Assembly (NCBI GenBank): GCA_013792055.1
Contig: VMSQ01000078.1
Span: 1 to 39,597 of the forward strand
Direction of reading: 5' to 3'
DNA from: Desulfobacteraceae bacterium
GTDB lineage: Bacteria; Desulfobacterota; Desulfobacteria; Desulfobacterales; ETH-SRB1
DNA: 39,597 bases
The notes under the pieces were generated by a model that saw only the letters and a program-made list of their open reading frames with translations, did not search any database and had not been told where the DNA came from. A program made the position numbers and the translations under genes. Below, one piece after another: positions 27,008 through 35,195 of this stretch. The number at the start of each line of letters is the position of its first letter. Position 1 is the stretch's first letter.

Positions 27008-27044
27008 ATCACGAAAGCACGGAAGAAATTCGTGTTTTCGTGAT
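27008..27044 (+). promoter_or_regulatory. Intra-operon 14-bp stem-loop
   Basis: atcacgaaagcacg / cgtgttttcgtgat (13 Watson-Crick pairs plus 1 G-U) with loop gaagaaatt, between the methylase stop and the RBS of the DUF499 gene. No downstream T-tract. Confidence 0.55.
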
Positions 27045-27064
27045 TAATAAAGAGAGGTCTTCAC

Positions 27065-30000
27065 ATGGCAATAAGTAATAGTGAAAGAATCGGAAAGGGC
27101 TTGGAGTTTCTCCGAAATGGTCTGGTTCCCTTTGTAGAGAGGGAATTGGAAGCGGTATATGGGGACGAATGGCAGGAAAAAGCCAGACAGAGCATATCCA
27201 AAGAGAGGGACTGGAAAGTTGAAAAAGGAAAGATTCAATGGGATGTCTATCTGATCCTGATGATCCTCTGGAATCACTGGAACGACGTTTTCAGGCGCAC
27301 ACTTGGTCAAGCGGAACGATCCTACGTGAGTGAACTCAGGGAAGCCCGGAATCGCTGGGCACACCAGAACGCGTTCACCTATGATGACACCTATCGTGTT
27401 CTTGATACCATGATCCGGTTGCTCAGATCTGTGTCGGCAAAAGAAGCAGATGCGGTTGATAAAATCGCCCAAGAGACGATGCGTGTCCGTTTTGCCGAAC
27501 AGTCCCGTCTCGAAACGCGCAGGAAAACTGTAGCACCTATTGACGGCAGCCCATCTCCGGGTCTGAAGCCCTGGCGCCAAGTTGTCACGCCACACCCGGA
27601 TGTTGCCAGTGGTCGCTATCAGCAGGCAGAATTTGCCGCAGACTTGGAGCAAGTTCGTTCCGGCCATGCGAGTGGAGAATATGGAGAACCGCGGGAATTT
27701 TACCGACGGACATTCCTCACTGTTGGATTAAAGGATCTCTTGAAAGAGGCCATTCTTCGATTGACAAAACAGGGTGGCAGCCCAGTGGTAGAGCTACAGA
27801 CAAACTTTGGAGGGGGGAAAACCCACTCTATGCTGGCGCTATATCATTTCTTCTCGGACATCCCTGCCAATGAGCTGACAGGAGTAGAAGAAATTCTTGA
27901 GTCAACGGGCATTACGTCAACGCCAAAAGTTAAACCTGCCGTTTTAGTTGGAACCGCCCTCAACCCTGGCCAGTCTCACATCAAGGATGACGGCACAGAG
28001 ATTAGAACCTTGTGGGGGGAATTGGCATGGCAACTGGGAAAAGCTGAAGGTTATGGATTAGTGGCAGGGAATGACGCCAATGGAACCAGCCCCGGCTCCC
28101 AGGTTCTCTGTGATCTGTTCAAACGATACAATCCCTGCCTGATCCTTATAGACGAATGGGTGGCCTATGTCCGGCAGACCTATGGGAAGACAGGCTTGTC
28201 TGGAGGAAGCTTTGACGCCAATATGACATTTGCCCAGGCCCTTACGGAGGCCGCACGAGGAACGCCCGGCACCATGCTTGTGGCGAGTATTCCATCTTCC
28301 GATATTGAGATCGGAGGTGATGGAGGAAAAGAGGCCTTGACCAGACTGAAAAACACCTTCGGTCGAATGGAATCCCCGTGGCGCCCGGCCAGTGCTGAGG
28401 AGAGTTTCGAGATTGTGAGGCGCAGATTATTTGAGCCCATTGCAGACCCCAGGGATTTTGCCGCAAGGGATGCCGTAATTAAGGCATTCGGCCAGCTCTA
28501 TCGAGGAAACAAAGCAGAATTCCCTCAGGGATGTGGGGAAGGTGATTACGAGCGTCGACTGGAAAAGGCATATCCTATTCATCCTGAGCTTTTCGACAGG
28601 TTGTACGAAGACTGGGGCAGTCTCGAACGGTTTCAAAGAACCCGAGGTGTGCTGAGACTGATGGCTGCTGTGATATCAGAGCTCTGGGATCGCCAGGATG
28701 CCGGCCTCTTGATCATGCCAGCTTCCGTGCCGATGGATGCGTCTGCGGTCCAGTCTGAGCTGACTCGTTACTTGGAAGATGCTTGGCGCCCTGTGATGGA
28801 AAAGGATGTGGACGGCACGGAGGCCTTGCCATTAAAGATAGACCGCGAGGTGCCCACATTGGGCAGATATTCTGCTTCAAGACGTGTGGGTCGAACAATT
28901 TACATGGGTTCAGCACCTCTTTCAAAAACCAAGAACCCAGGAATAGACGACCGACGTATTCGATTGGGATGTGTCCAGCCTGGTGAAAACGTAGCGACAT
29001 TTGGCGATGCTTTAAGGCGGCTCACAGATCAGGCGACCCATCTCTATGTTGATGGCAAGCGTTACTGGTATTCCACGCAGCCCAGCGTTACACGTCTGTC
29101 TCAGGACCGGGCTGCACAACAGGATATTGATGCCGTATGGGATGATCTCAATCGTCGTCTCAGGGGTGATCGCCAGCGTGGAGAATTTGCTGCTGTCCAC
29201 ACCGTTCCCGGATCAAACGCCGATGTGCCGGATGATATGGAAGCACGGCTTGTAATCTTAGGACCGGATAAACCACACTCCGGCAAAACACCAGATAGTA
29301 AAGCCCGACTTGAGGCTGAACAAATACTCAATAACAGGGGAAACAGTCCTCGAATCTACAAAAATATGCTGGTTTTTCTTGCGCCGGATAAAGCCCGCTT
29401 GAATGACCTGGAACAGGCCATTCGTAATTATCTGGCCTGGAATTCCATATGGAAAGAAAGAGAGGCCCTGAACCTGGATGCATTTCAGTCCAACCAAGCA
29501 TCCACTAAACAAGAACAGGCGGAAGAAACGATTGAAAGCCGTATCAAAGAGGCCTATGCCTGGCTCCTCGTTCCGTTACAGCCAGATCCTCGGGGAGCAA
29601 TAGAATGGCAAGAATCTCGCCTTCAAGGTCAAGATGCCCTTGCTATAAGGGCCAGCAAAAAGCTCAAAAATAACGAGAATCTTATCACTCAGTTCTCCCC
29701 CACCCGTCTACGTTTGGAGCTGGACCGTTATCTCTGGAAAGAAACTGATCATCTTAACCTGAAAAAGCTCTGGGAATATTTCGCTACGTACCTTTATTTG
29801 CCGCGTCTTAAGGACAGTCAAGTGTTGATCCAGGCTGTGCAGGACGGTGTCCAACAAATTACTTGGGCAGACTACTTCGCTTATGCAGAAGGATGGGATG
29901 AGAAAAAGAAAAGATATCTTGGTCTCAAGGCAGGACAATTGACATCCATTCTTTTGGATAGCCAAAGTCTTATTGTTAAGCCAGAGGTTGCAAAAAGGAA

Positions 30001-30343
30001 GATAGATGCGAAAAAGGAAGAAGAGGAAGTAATTATTGACGTGGTGACAGGTGGGGAAAGGCCCGGAGAAGAGGAAATTGGTCCTGAGGAGCCAGCCAGC
30101 CCAGCCCAGCCCAGGCGCTTTTATGGTTCAGTCAAGCTGGATGCTACGAGACTCGGAAGGGATGCAGGAAGAATAGCTGAAGAAGTCGTACAGCATCTTT
30201 CAGCCATTGTTGGTGTAAACGTGGAAATCAGCCTCGAAATCAGCGCCCAAATCCCTGATGGAGCTTCTGATAACGTTGTCCGAACCGTTACCGAAAATTG
30301 TAACACACTACATTTCACATCCTATGGATTTGAAGAAAAATGA
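27065..30343 (+). CDS. HEPN (Swt1-like) + DUF499 P-loop ATPase (BrxC/PglY-related)
   Basis: 1092 aa. GAGAGG SD. N-terminal RNRWAH (Rx4H) at nt 27347-27364. Walker A NFGGGKTHSM, Walker B LILIDEW. YPIHPELFDRLYEDW...FQRTRGVLRLMA is the signature shared by DUF499/BrxC-type ATPases. Confidence 0.88.
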   Translation: MAISNSERIGKGLEFLRNGLVPFVERELEAVYGDEWQEKARQSISKERDWKVEKGKIQWDVYLILMILWNHWNDVFRRTLGQAERSYVSELREARNRWAHQNAFTYDDTYRVLDTMIRLLRSVSAKEADAVDKIAQETMRVRFAEQSRLETRRKTVAPIDGSPSPGLKPWRQVVTPHPDVASGRYQQAEFAADLEQVRSGHASGEYGEPREFYRRTFLTVGLKDLLKEAILRLTKQGGSPVVELQTNFGGGKTHSMLALYHFFSDIPANELTGVEEILESTGITSTPKVKPAVLVGTALNPGQSHIKDDGTEIRTLWGELAWQLGKAEGYGLVAGNDANGTSPGSQVLCDLFKRYNPCLILIDEWVAYVRQTYGKTGLSGGSFDANMTFAQALTEAARGTPGTMLVASIPSSDIEIGGDGGKEALTRLKNTFGRMESPWRPASAEESFEIVRRRLFEPIADPRDFAARDAVIKAFGQLYRGNKAEFPQGCGEGDYERRLEKAYPIHPELFDRLYEDWGSLERFQRTRGVLRLMAAVISELWDRQDAGLLIMPASVPMDASAVQSELTRYLEDAWRPVMEKDVDGTEALPLKIDREVPTLGRYSASRRVGRTIYMGSAPLSKTKNPGIDDRRIRLGCVQPGENVATFGDALRRLTDQATHLYVDGKRYWYSTQPSVTRLSQDRAAQQDIDAVWDDLNRRLRGDRQRGEFAAVHTVPGSNADVPDDMEARLVILGPDKPHSGKTPDSKARLEAEQILNNRGNSPRIYKNMLVFLAPDKARLNDLEQAIRNYLAWNSIWKEREALNLDAFQSNQASTKQEQAEETIESRIKEAYAWLLVPLQPDPRGAIEWQESRLQGQDALAIRASKKLKNNENLITQFSPTRLRLELDRYLWKETDHLNLKKLWEYFATYLYLPRLKDSQVLIQAVQDGVQQITWADYFAYAEGWDEKKKRYLGLKAGQLTSILLDSQSLIVKPEVAKRKIDAKKEEEEVIIDVVTGGERPGEEEIGPEEPASPAQPRRFYGSVKLDATRLGRDAGRIAEEVVQHLSAIVGVNVEISLEISAQIPDGASDNVVRTVTENCNTLHFTSYGFEEK

Positions 30344-30898
30344 AATGAAAACAGGTGGTCTGCTCTTGACTCATGTTAGTGTGAAATCCGAATTGATATT
30401 GAGTTCAAAGCCTTGCCCGAATTTCAGAGCAGGTTACGTTTGAAAAAGGGACTATGGTTCGATGTTTGGGGACGATATGCATTATAGTTTCTACTTATGA
30501 AAACAGTTGAGTAGTACTTTTGTCTATCCATCTGCTGCTGTTCTCAAAGTTCCGGTTGTTGCTATCTGCTAACAATCTTGATTGTTTTGCAACGCAAAAA
30601 GGGTTTTGATATCTGTTATCTCGACATTATTCAGCTATACCAAGATGTATAAAAATAATTATCGAGTATTTCCAGCACTTGAAGTGTTGATAAATTCTAC
30701 ATGTTTTTTTAAGCAGGCCGCCCTATGTGTCACCATATAGGATGTCTCGGGCTTCTGGTTTGTCATTGTAGTTTTCATTTGCCTGCATTTTGGAGATTTA
30801 GTAATATTATATTTAAGGGCTATGAAAAAAGAAAGGAAAGGTGGGAGGAGATAGCTGACCTAATGCTAACTCCTCACTATTTTATAAACAATAAATCA

Positions 30899-30983
30899 CC
30901 CCACCCACCCAAAATGGGTTCAGATTCCTCTCCGCATTCTGCTTCGTAGGAAACTGAACCCATCTCCCCTAAAAGGAAAAAAG
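30899..30983. repeat. Structured repeat unit, copy 1
   Basis: ccccacccaccc, then hairpin 30915-30962 (tgggttcag..ttcct..loop..aggaa..ctgaaccca), then cccc-taaaaggaaaaaag. About 80 percent identical to 31563-31650 by hand alignment, with non-triplet indels. Confidence 0.7.
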
Positions 30984-31562
30984 AAGCCGGCAGAAAAGAT
31001 GCCCGCTTCTAAATGACCACGATTTAGAACAATACTGAATTCAAAGGGTTCAATTAACCGCTCGGCTATCCAGGCTTTTCGCAATTTATTTACCCGTCTC
31101 GAACCAAAGGTAGGGGCATAAAATATTGCGTTTTTTCTCCCCCCTGACAACCCCCCTCTTTTTCATAGCTGCTCGCTTTTCCATCTTCACGTCGGCCTGT
31201 CATGGTTTGTGCATTCTGTAAAAAAGCCTTTCACTTTATCGGTGTACATTTTTTTACGTTTCAGGCGATTTTTTTCCAGGCACAAACCACGCCATGCCTT
31301 TGGTTCATCTGCGCTCACATCTGATAAGGCAGCTCATTCACTACGTTCACCGTACAGCCGAGCTGAACTTTCGCACTTAATTTTTAAGTCAGGGGGGTGA
31401 CAAAACACCATCATATTTTATGCCCATTAAATCACCCCTGGCCCCTCAAAGGGGTGTGATCGCCCCGCCCGCCCAAGGCTGAGAGTCCATCTTCACCACA
31501 AGGGAGTAAAAGACGGACACTCGGTCATTCCCGTCCGCCCCCCAAGGGCTCCCTATCTCTTA

Positions 31563-31650
31563 CCCCACCCACCCAATCAGGCTGGTTCAGATTCTCCCTC
31601 CGCATCTTGCTCCATGAGAAACTGATCCAGCCTCCCCCTTAAGGGAGAAA
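31563..31650. repeat. Structured repeat unit, copy 2
   Basis: ccccacccaccc, then hairpin 31580-31632 (ggctggttcag..ttctc..loop..gagaa..ctgatccagcc), then ccccc-ttaagggagaaag. The inner stem differs from copy 1 by two compensatory pair changes. Confidence 0.7.
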
Positions 31651-32063
31651 GCTAATGAATTCGGAACCGGTTGAAAAATACCAATTCCTCTATCACTATT
31701 TAAAGAAAAAGATACGAAGCCTGATAAAATATTCTAAAGAAAGTTCTTTAAATTTATGTTGTTTTGCGGGGGGGTGTGCGTGGTCTTGGTGGTACATATT
31801 TATGTGCAGGTTCCAAGGCAGAGAAAGCCACCAAATCCCCCGCCCACCCTTTGCCTTCGCTCCCTCGCTTCGCATCGGTCGCTTGCCCCCCGCTAAAAAA
31901 GGAAGAAAACCCAATCAGACGGGAGTACGTATTCAACTATTAAAGCTGCTTGCGCCGGTGCATTAATTCTGGCTTGTTTTTACCTATAAAGGGCGGTATT
32001 AAGGACTGTACTTTTATAATATCATGAAAACATCACAATCTTTTGATACCAAAATATATTTGG

Positions 32064-32897
32064 ATGCTGATATCAAAAGTTTTGAAAGTCCGAAAAGTGA
32101 TTGAAGAGAATGCATTAAACATTTACACAGATGGATCCTCATATTCTAAACCACGTCGTGGAGGATATGGTATTAGGATAATCTATGTAGATGATCAAGG
32201 AAAAGAAAGAATACAAGATATTCCAATTTTTAAAAGCTTTGCCGGTGCAACAAACAATCAAATGGAACTTCTTGCTTGTGTTACAGCAATTGAAGAATCT
32301 AAAAAATCAAAATATTATTCCAAAGTGAGAAAAATAAATATTTTTACCGATTCGATGTATGTCTCACAGAATTACAATACTGCTATATTTCGTTGGTCGG
32401 TCAATAAGTGGCTGACAAGAGATAATAACCCCGTAGCAAATGCAGAAATTTGGAAAAAACTAGTAAGAGTAATAAAAAAATCCAACAAGAGAATAGATAT
32501 AAAATGGGTCAAAGGTCATTCAAGGGATGAACATAATCGGAGAGTTGATCAACTTGCAAAACAATCTGCTAAAAGTTCACTAAAAGCTACACCACTAAGT
32601 GTTGTTAATGTTAGAAGAAAAAAAACAAATAAGGCTGTAAATATAGGTTGCGTTGTAACGAAGGGTCAACGGATTTCAATCAGAATTATTACTGATGAAT
32701 ATTTAAGAACACAAAAAATCAATAAATATCGATATGAAGTAATTTCCAAAGGAAGTAAATATTATGGACTTGTAGATTTCATATTTTCAAAAATAAATCT
32801 AAAAGCAGGTCATGAATATGTCGTAACATTCAACACATGTACGAAATCACCAAGAATTTTAAAGTTAATACATGAAATTGACAAAAAAACTATTTAA
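32064..32897 (+). CDS. RNase HI-domain protein with ~100-aa C-terminal extension
   Basis: The track ORF opens at TTG 32043; the first ATG is at 32064. All RNase HI catalytic positions are present: IYTDGS, TNNQMEL, IFTDS, WVKGH, RVDQLA. The extension (VNVRRKK...RYEVISKGSKYYGLVDF...) is unrecognised. Very AT-rich. No obvious SD. Confidence 0.75.
   Translation: MLISKVLKVRKVIEENALNIYTDGSSYSKPRRGGYGIRIIYVDDQGKERIQDIPIFKSFAGATNNQMELLACVTAIEESKKSKYYSKVRKINIFTDSMYVSQNYNTAIFRWSVNKWLTRDNNPVANAEIWKKLVRVIKKSNKRIDIKWVKGHSRDEHNRRVDQLAKQSAKSSLKATPLSVVNVRRKKTNKAVNIGCVVTKGQRISIRIITDEYLRTQKINKYRYEVISKGSKYYGLVDFIFSKINLKAGHEYVVTFNTCTKSPRILKLIHEIDKKTI
32069..32094. repeat. Perfect 26-bp direct repeat, copy 1
   Basis: gatatcaaaagttttgaaagtccgaa, identical to 33047-33072. 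It lies within RNase H codons 2-11. Confidence 0.9.
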
Positions 32898-32951
32898 TCG
32901 GGTAAGGGGGTGATTTTCTCTCCCACTCTCCACAACACTACGGCATGCGGG

Positions 32952-33050
32952 TCAGCACCGTAACAAATTGAAACGCTTTAATATTTGTGATATACAAATT
33001 CTATCTGCATGAAAATTATTGAATTCTTGATTTGCTCTGCTGGCAAGATA
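32952..33050 (-). pseudogene. C-terminal fragment of a homologue of the 16124-16360 small ORF
   Basis: Open for 32 codons only (YLASRANQEFNNFHADRICISQILKRFNLLRC*), with TGA immediately upstream. 17/29 residues are identical to the 16.2 kb copy. The truncation point coincides with 26-bp repeat copy 2. Confidence 0.5.
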
Positions 33051-33072
33051 TCAAAAGTTTTGAAAGTCCGAA
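33047..33072. repeat. Perfect 26-bp direct repeat, copy 2
   Basis: Identical to 32069-32094. It sits inside a 41-codon ORF (33009-33134, MKIIEFLICSAGKISKVLKVRILFDIF...). Confidence 0.9.
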
Positions 33073-33223
33073 TTTTGTTTGATATTTTTAATGTATTTGT
33101 ACTGCGACGAGAAGTTGCGTATTTTGACGGATAACATTACAAAAGTAATGATATCCAGATCCGTATAATTACTTGTTATATTTTAGGGTTTAAGATTATT
33201 TTTGAAAAAAAAGGACAAGCGAA

Positions 33224-34342
33224 ATGAATGACAAGAAAGCCGCATATGATGCTGAAAACGATATTGTCGACATGCTGGATGAAGCTGATGAGAGTATTCC
33301 TTATGTATACTCCATAACATCATACGGCGCAGATTACCCCGTTGACTCACTTGTAAAAAGAATTCAGAAAGAAGATATAGTTGTTCCAACCTTCCGATGG
33401 AATTCAGAAGAAGAGACTACGGTTGTGGGGTTTCAACGTGAATATGTCTGGAACCAGGCAAAAGCCGATAAATTTATTGAGTCTTTGTTGTTAGGTCTGC
33501 CAGTTCCGGGAATATTTCTCGTGAAAGAGCCTTCGGGTCGACTTCTTGTTTTAGATGGACATCAGCGATTGCACACACTTGCTTCATTCTACAGAGGGAT
33601 TCTTGAGGGCAAGGAGTACAGTTTACGAAATGTTCAGGAGCAATTTAAGGGAAAAACCTATGATAACCTTGACATTGAAGATCGGCGTCGACTTGACGAT
33701 AGCATCATGCACGCAACGATCATTCGGCAAGATGAACCGACTGAGGACCAAAGCAGCATCTATGTGATATTCGAGAGACTGAATACCGGAGGTGTTAACT
33801 TGCAGCCGCAGGAAATTAGAGTCGCTCTTTACCATGGCGAATTCGTCCGAGTATTAAATGAGTTAAACAATAACACTAACTGGAGATTATTAGTTGGAAA
33901 ACCTTCGCGTAGGCTAAAAGACATGGAGCTAATACTTCGGTTTCTGGCATTTCTCTTCTATTCAGATCAATACAAACGACCTATGAAGGATTTTCTAAAT
34001 AAATACATGGCTACAAATCGATATTTAAAACGTCAATCTGAACATCAACTAAAGGATATATTTGATAGAACCGTTCAGGCTATTATTGATTCGGCTGGAA
34101 CAAAAGCATTCCGGCCCAGGAGATCAGTTAATGCAGCTACCGTTGACTCAATGATGACGGGTATTGCCAAAAGAATTATAGACAAGGGAGTGATCAAGAA
34201 TACCGGGGTACTCACCGAAAGGATTGAAAGATTACTTCAAAATCAAGCTTATTTAGTCGCAATTGAAACAGGAACATCGGAAGAAGGAAAAGTGAAGGAC
34301 AGAATGGAGGCTGCAACTTTGGCATTTGCCGACATCACATGA
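33224..34342 (+). CDS. DUF262 (ParB-like/GmrSD N-terminal type) domain protein
   Basis: 372 aa. AAGGA SD. Motifs: FQREYVWNQAKADKFIESLLLGLPVPGIFLV...LVLDGHQRLHTL (DGQQR-type) and FERLNTGG. There is no DUF1524/HNH-like C-terminus. Confidence 0.8.
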   Translation: MNDKKAAYDAENDIVDMLDEADESIPYVYSITSYGADYPVDSLVKRIQKEDIVVPTFRWNSEEETTVVGFQREYVWNQAKADKFIESLLLGLPVPGIFLVKEPSGRLLVLDGHQRLHTLASFYRGILEGKEYSLRNVQEQFKGKTYDNLDIEDRRRLDDSIMHATIIRQDEPTEDQSSIYVIFERLNTGGVNLQPQEIRVALYHGEFVRVLNELNNNTNWRLLVGKPSRRLKDMELILRFLAFLFYSDQYKRPMKDFLNKYMATNRYLKRQSEHQLKDIFDRTVQAIIDSAGTKAFRPRRSVNAATVDSMMTGIAKRIIDKGVIKNTGVLTERIERLLQNQAYLVAIETGTSEEGKVKDRMEAATLAFADIT

Positions 34343-34806
34343 ATGGCCGTGTAGAAATACTCCGTTCTCGGAATCGACTTGAGGCGACATTTAAAAGAAT
34401 TTCCGAGATAGAATCACCGGAATTGCAGGCTGATTTTGCAAAATACCTATGCATTCTGGTTTCTGGTTATCTCGAAAAGTCAATCTCTCAGTGTACCCTT
34501 ATATACGCAAATCGGTCAGGTACTCCACAGTTGGAACGATTTATTGAAAAAAGCACCCGTCGTTTTACAAACGCTAACTCTGAAAAAATTCTTAGTTTGT
34601 TAGGGAGTTTTGACCCACAATGGCGTTCGCAATTAGAAGTCTTTCTTGTCGATGAAAAGAAAGACGCAGTTGATAGTGTGGTGGATTTGCGAAACAACAT
34701 TGCGCATGGAAAATCTCCGGGCATCACATTCCATCGAATCCAAAATTACTTTGAAGATGTAATCAAAGTTGTGGATAGAATCGGAGAAATATGTGGAATT
34801 GTTTGA
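34339..34806 (+). CDS. HEPN-domain protein (Rx4H)
   Basis: 155 aa. ATGA overlap with the DUF262 gene. The C-terminal DLRNNIAHG motif and all-helical-looking sequence resemble the HEPN families reported next to DUF262 genes. Confidence 0.65.
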   Translation: MNGRVEILRSRNRLEATFKRISEIESPELQADFAKYLCILVSGYLEKSISQCTLIYANRSGTPQLERFIEKSTRRFTNANSEKILSLLGSFDPQWRSQLEVFLVDEKKDAVDSVVDLRNNIAHGKSPGITFHRIQNYFEDVIKVVDRIGEICGIV

Positions 34807-35195
34807 AAGCAGATTGGGTCCATAGTGGGGTCATTGTGGTAGTGGGATCGGGCTTGACTTATTGGCATTCTAAAAGAGTCAAACTTTTACCAACAAAAAA
34901 ATGCACCAGATGAACTGGTGATTTTCACGGTTAAAGATATCTGCTATAGAGAAAACATTCAGCATAATTCACAGATAGTTGCGATATTGATATGAAATCA
35001 ATACCTCAAGCAGCTTGAAATAACTAAAAGAAAATGCCATTTCCAGGATAGGCTTCCTACCTGCCTTGACAGGATGGCGACACGCAACCCTTCCTTGGGG
35101 TTAACACACCATACTTGCTCACAGTTCGAGCTGTGAGCTATTCGCCACAGATTGAGGTTTCAAAGATTAACTTATCCCTACAGTCTGAAGAAATC

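Noticed and set aside
26197-27667. 251-aa and 207-aa minus-strand ORFs antisense to the methylase and DUF499 genes. Similar antisense ORFs occur at 4391-4900, 9337-9861, 6329-6763 and 23614-24051.
   Set aside because: They lie entirely within genes that carry clear conserved motifs on the other strand. Their compositions are Cys/Arg/Ser-rich and not protein-like.
30456-30476. ggttcgatgtttgggga as a relic of the tRNA-Asn 3' end (ggttcgagtccgtgctgggga) marking attR
   Set aside because: Only two short blocks match (7 + 6 nt) and the T-stem is deleted. Serine recombinases do not require long duplicated att cores. The match is too weak to call without an empty-site comparison.
31200-31400. Minus-strand GTGCGAAAG... 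at about 31375 as the 5' end of an ORF-less group II intron
   Set aside because: I could find no domain V-like 34-nt hairpin with an AGC triad and GNRA loop downstream. There is no reverse transcriptase/maturase ORF. GTGCG alone is not diagnostic.
30899-31905. The repeat units as a CRISPR array
   Set aside because: The units are long (~85 nt), degenerate, irregularly spaced (about 660 nt apart) and few. No cas genes are present.
30725-31966. Small ORFs in the spacer (30725-30949, 30920-31150, 31209-31400, 31655-31966)
   Set aside because: The repeat copies differ by non-triplet indels, so the conserved parts are not read in a constant frame. The peptides are low-complexity (P/R/G-rich) and lack RBSs.
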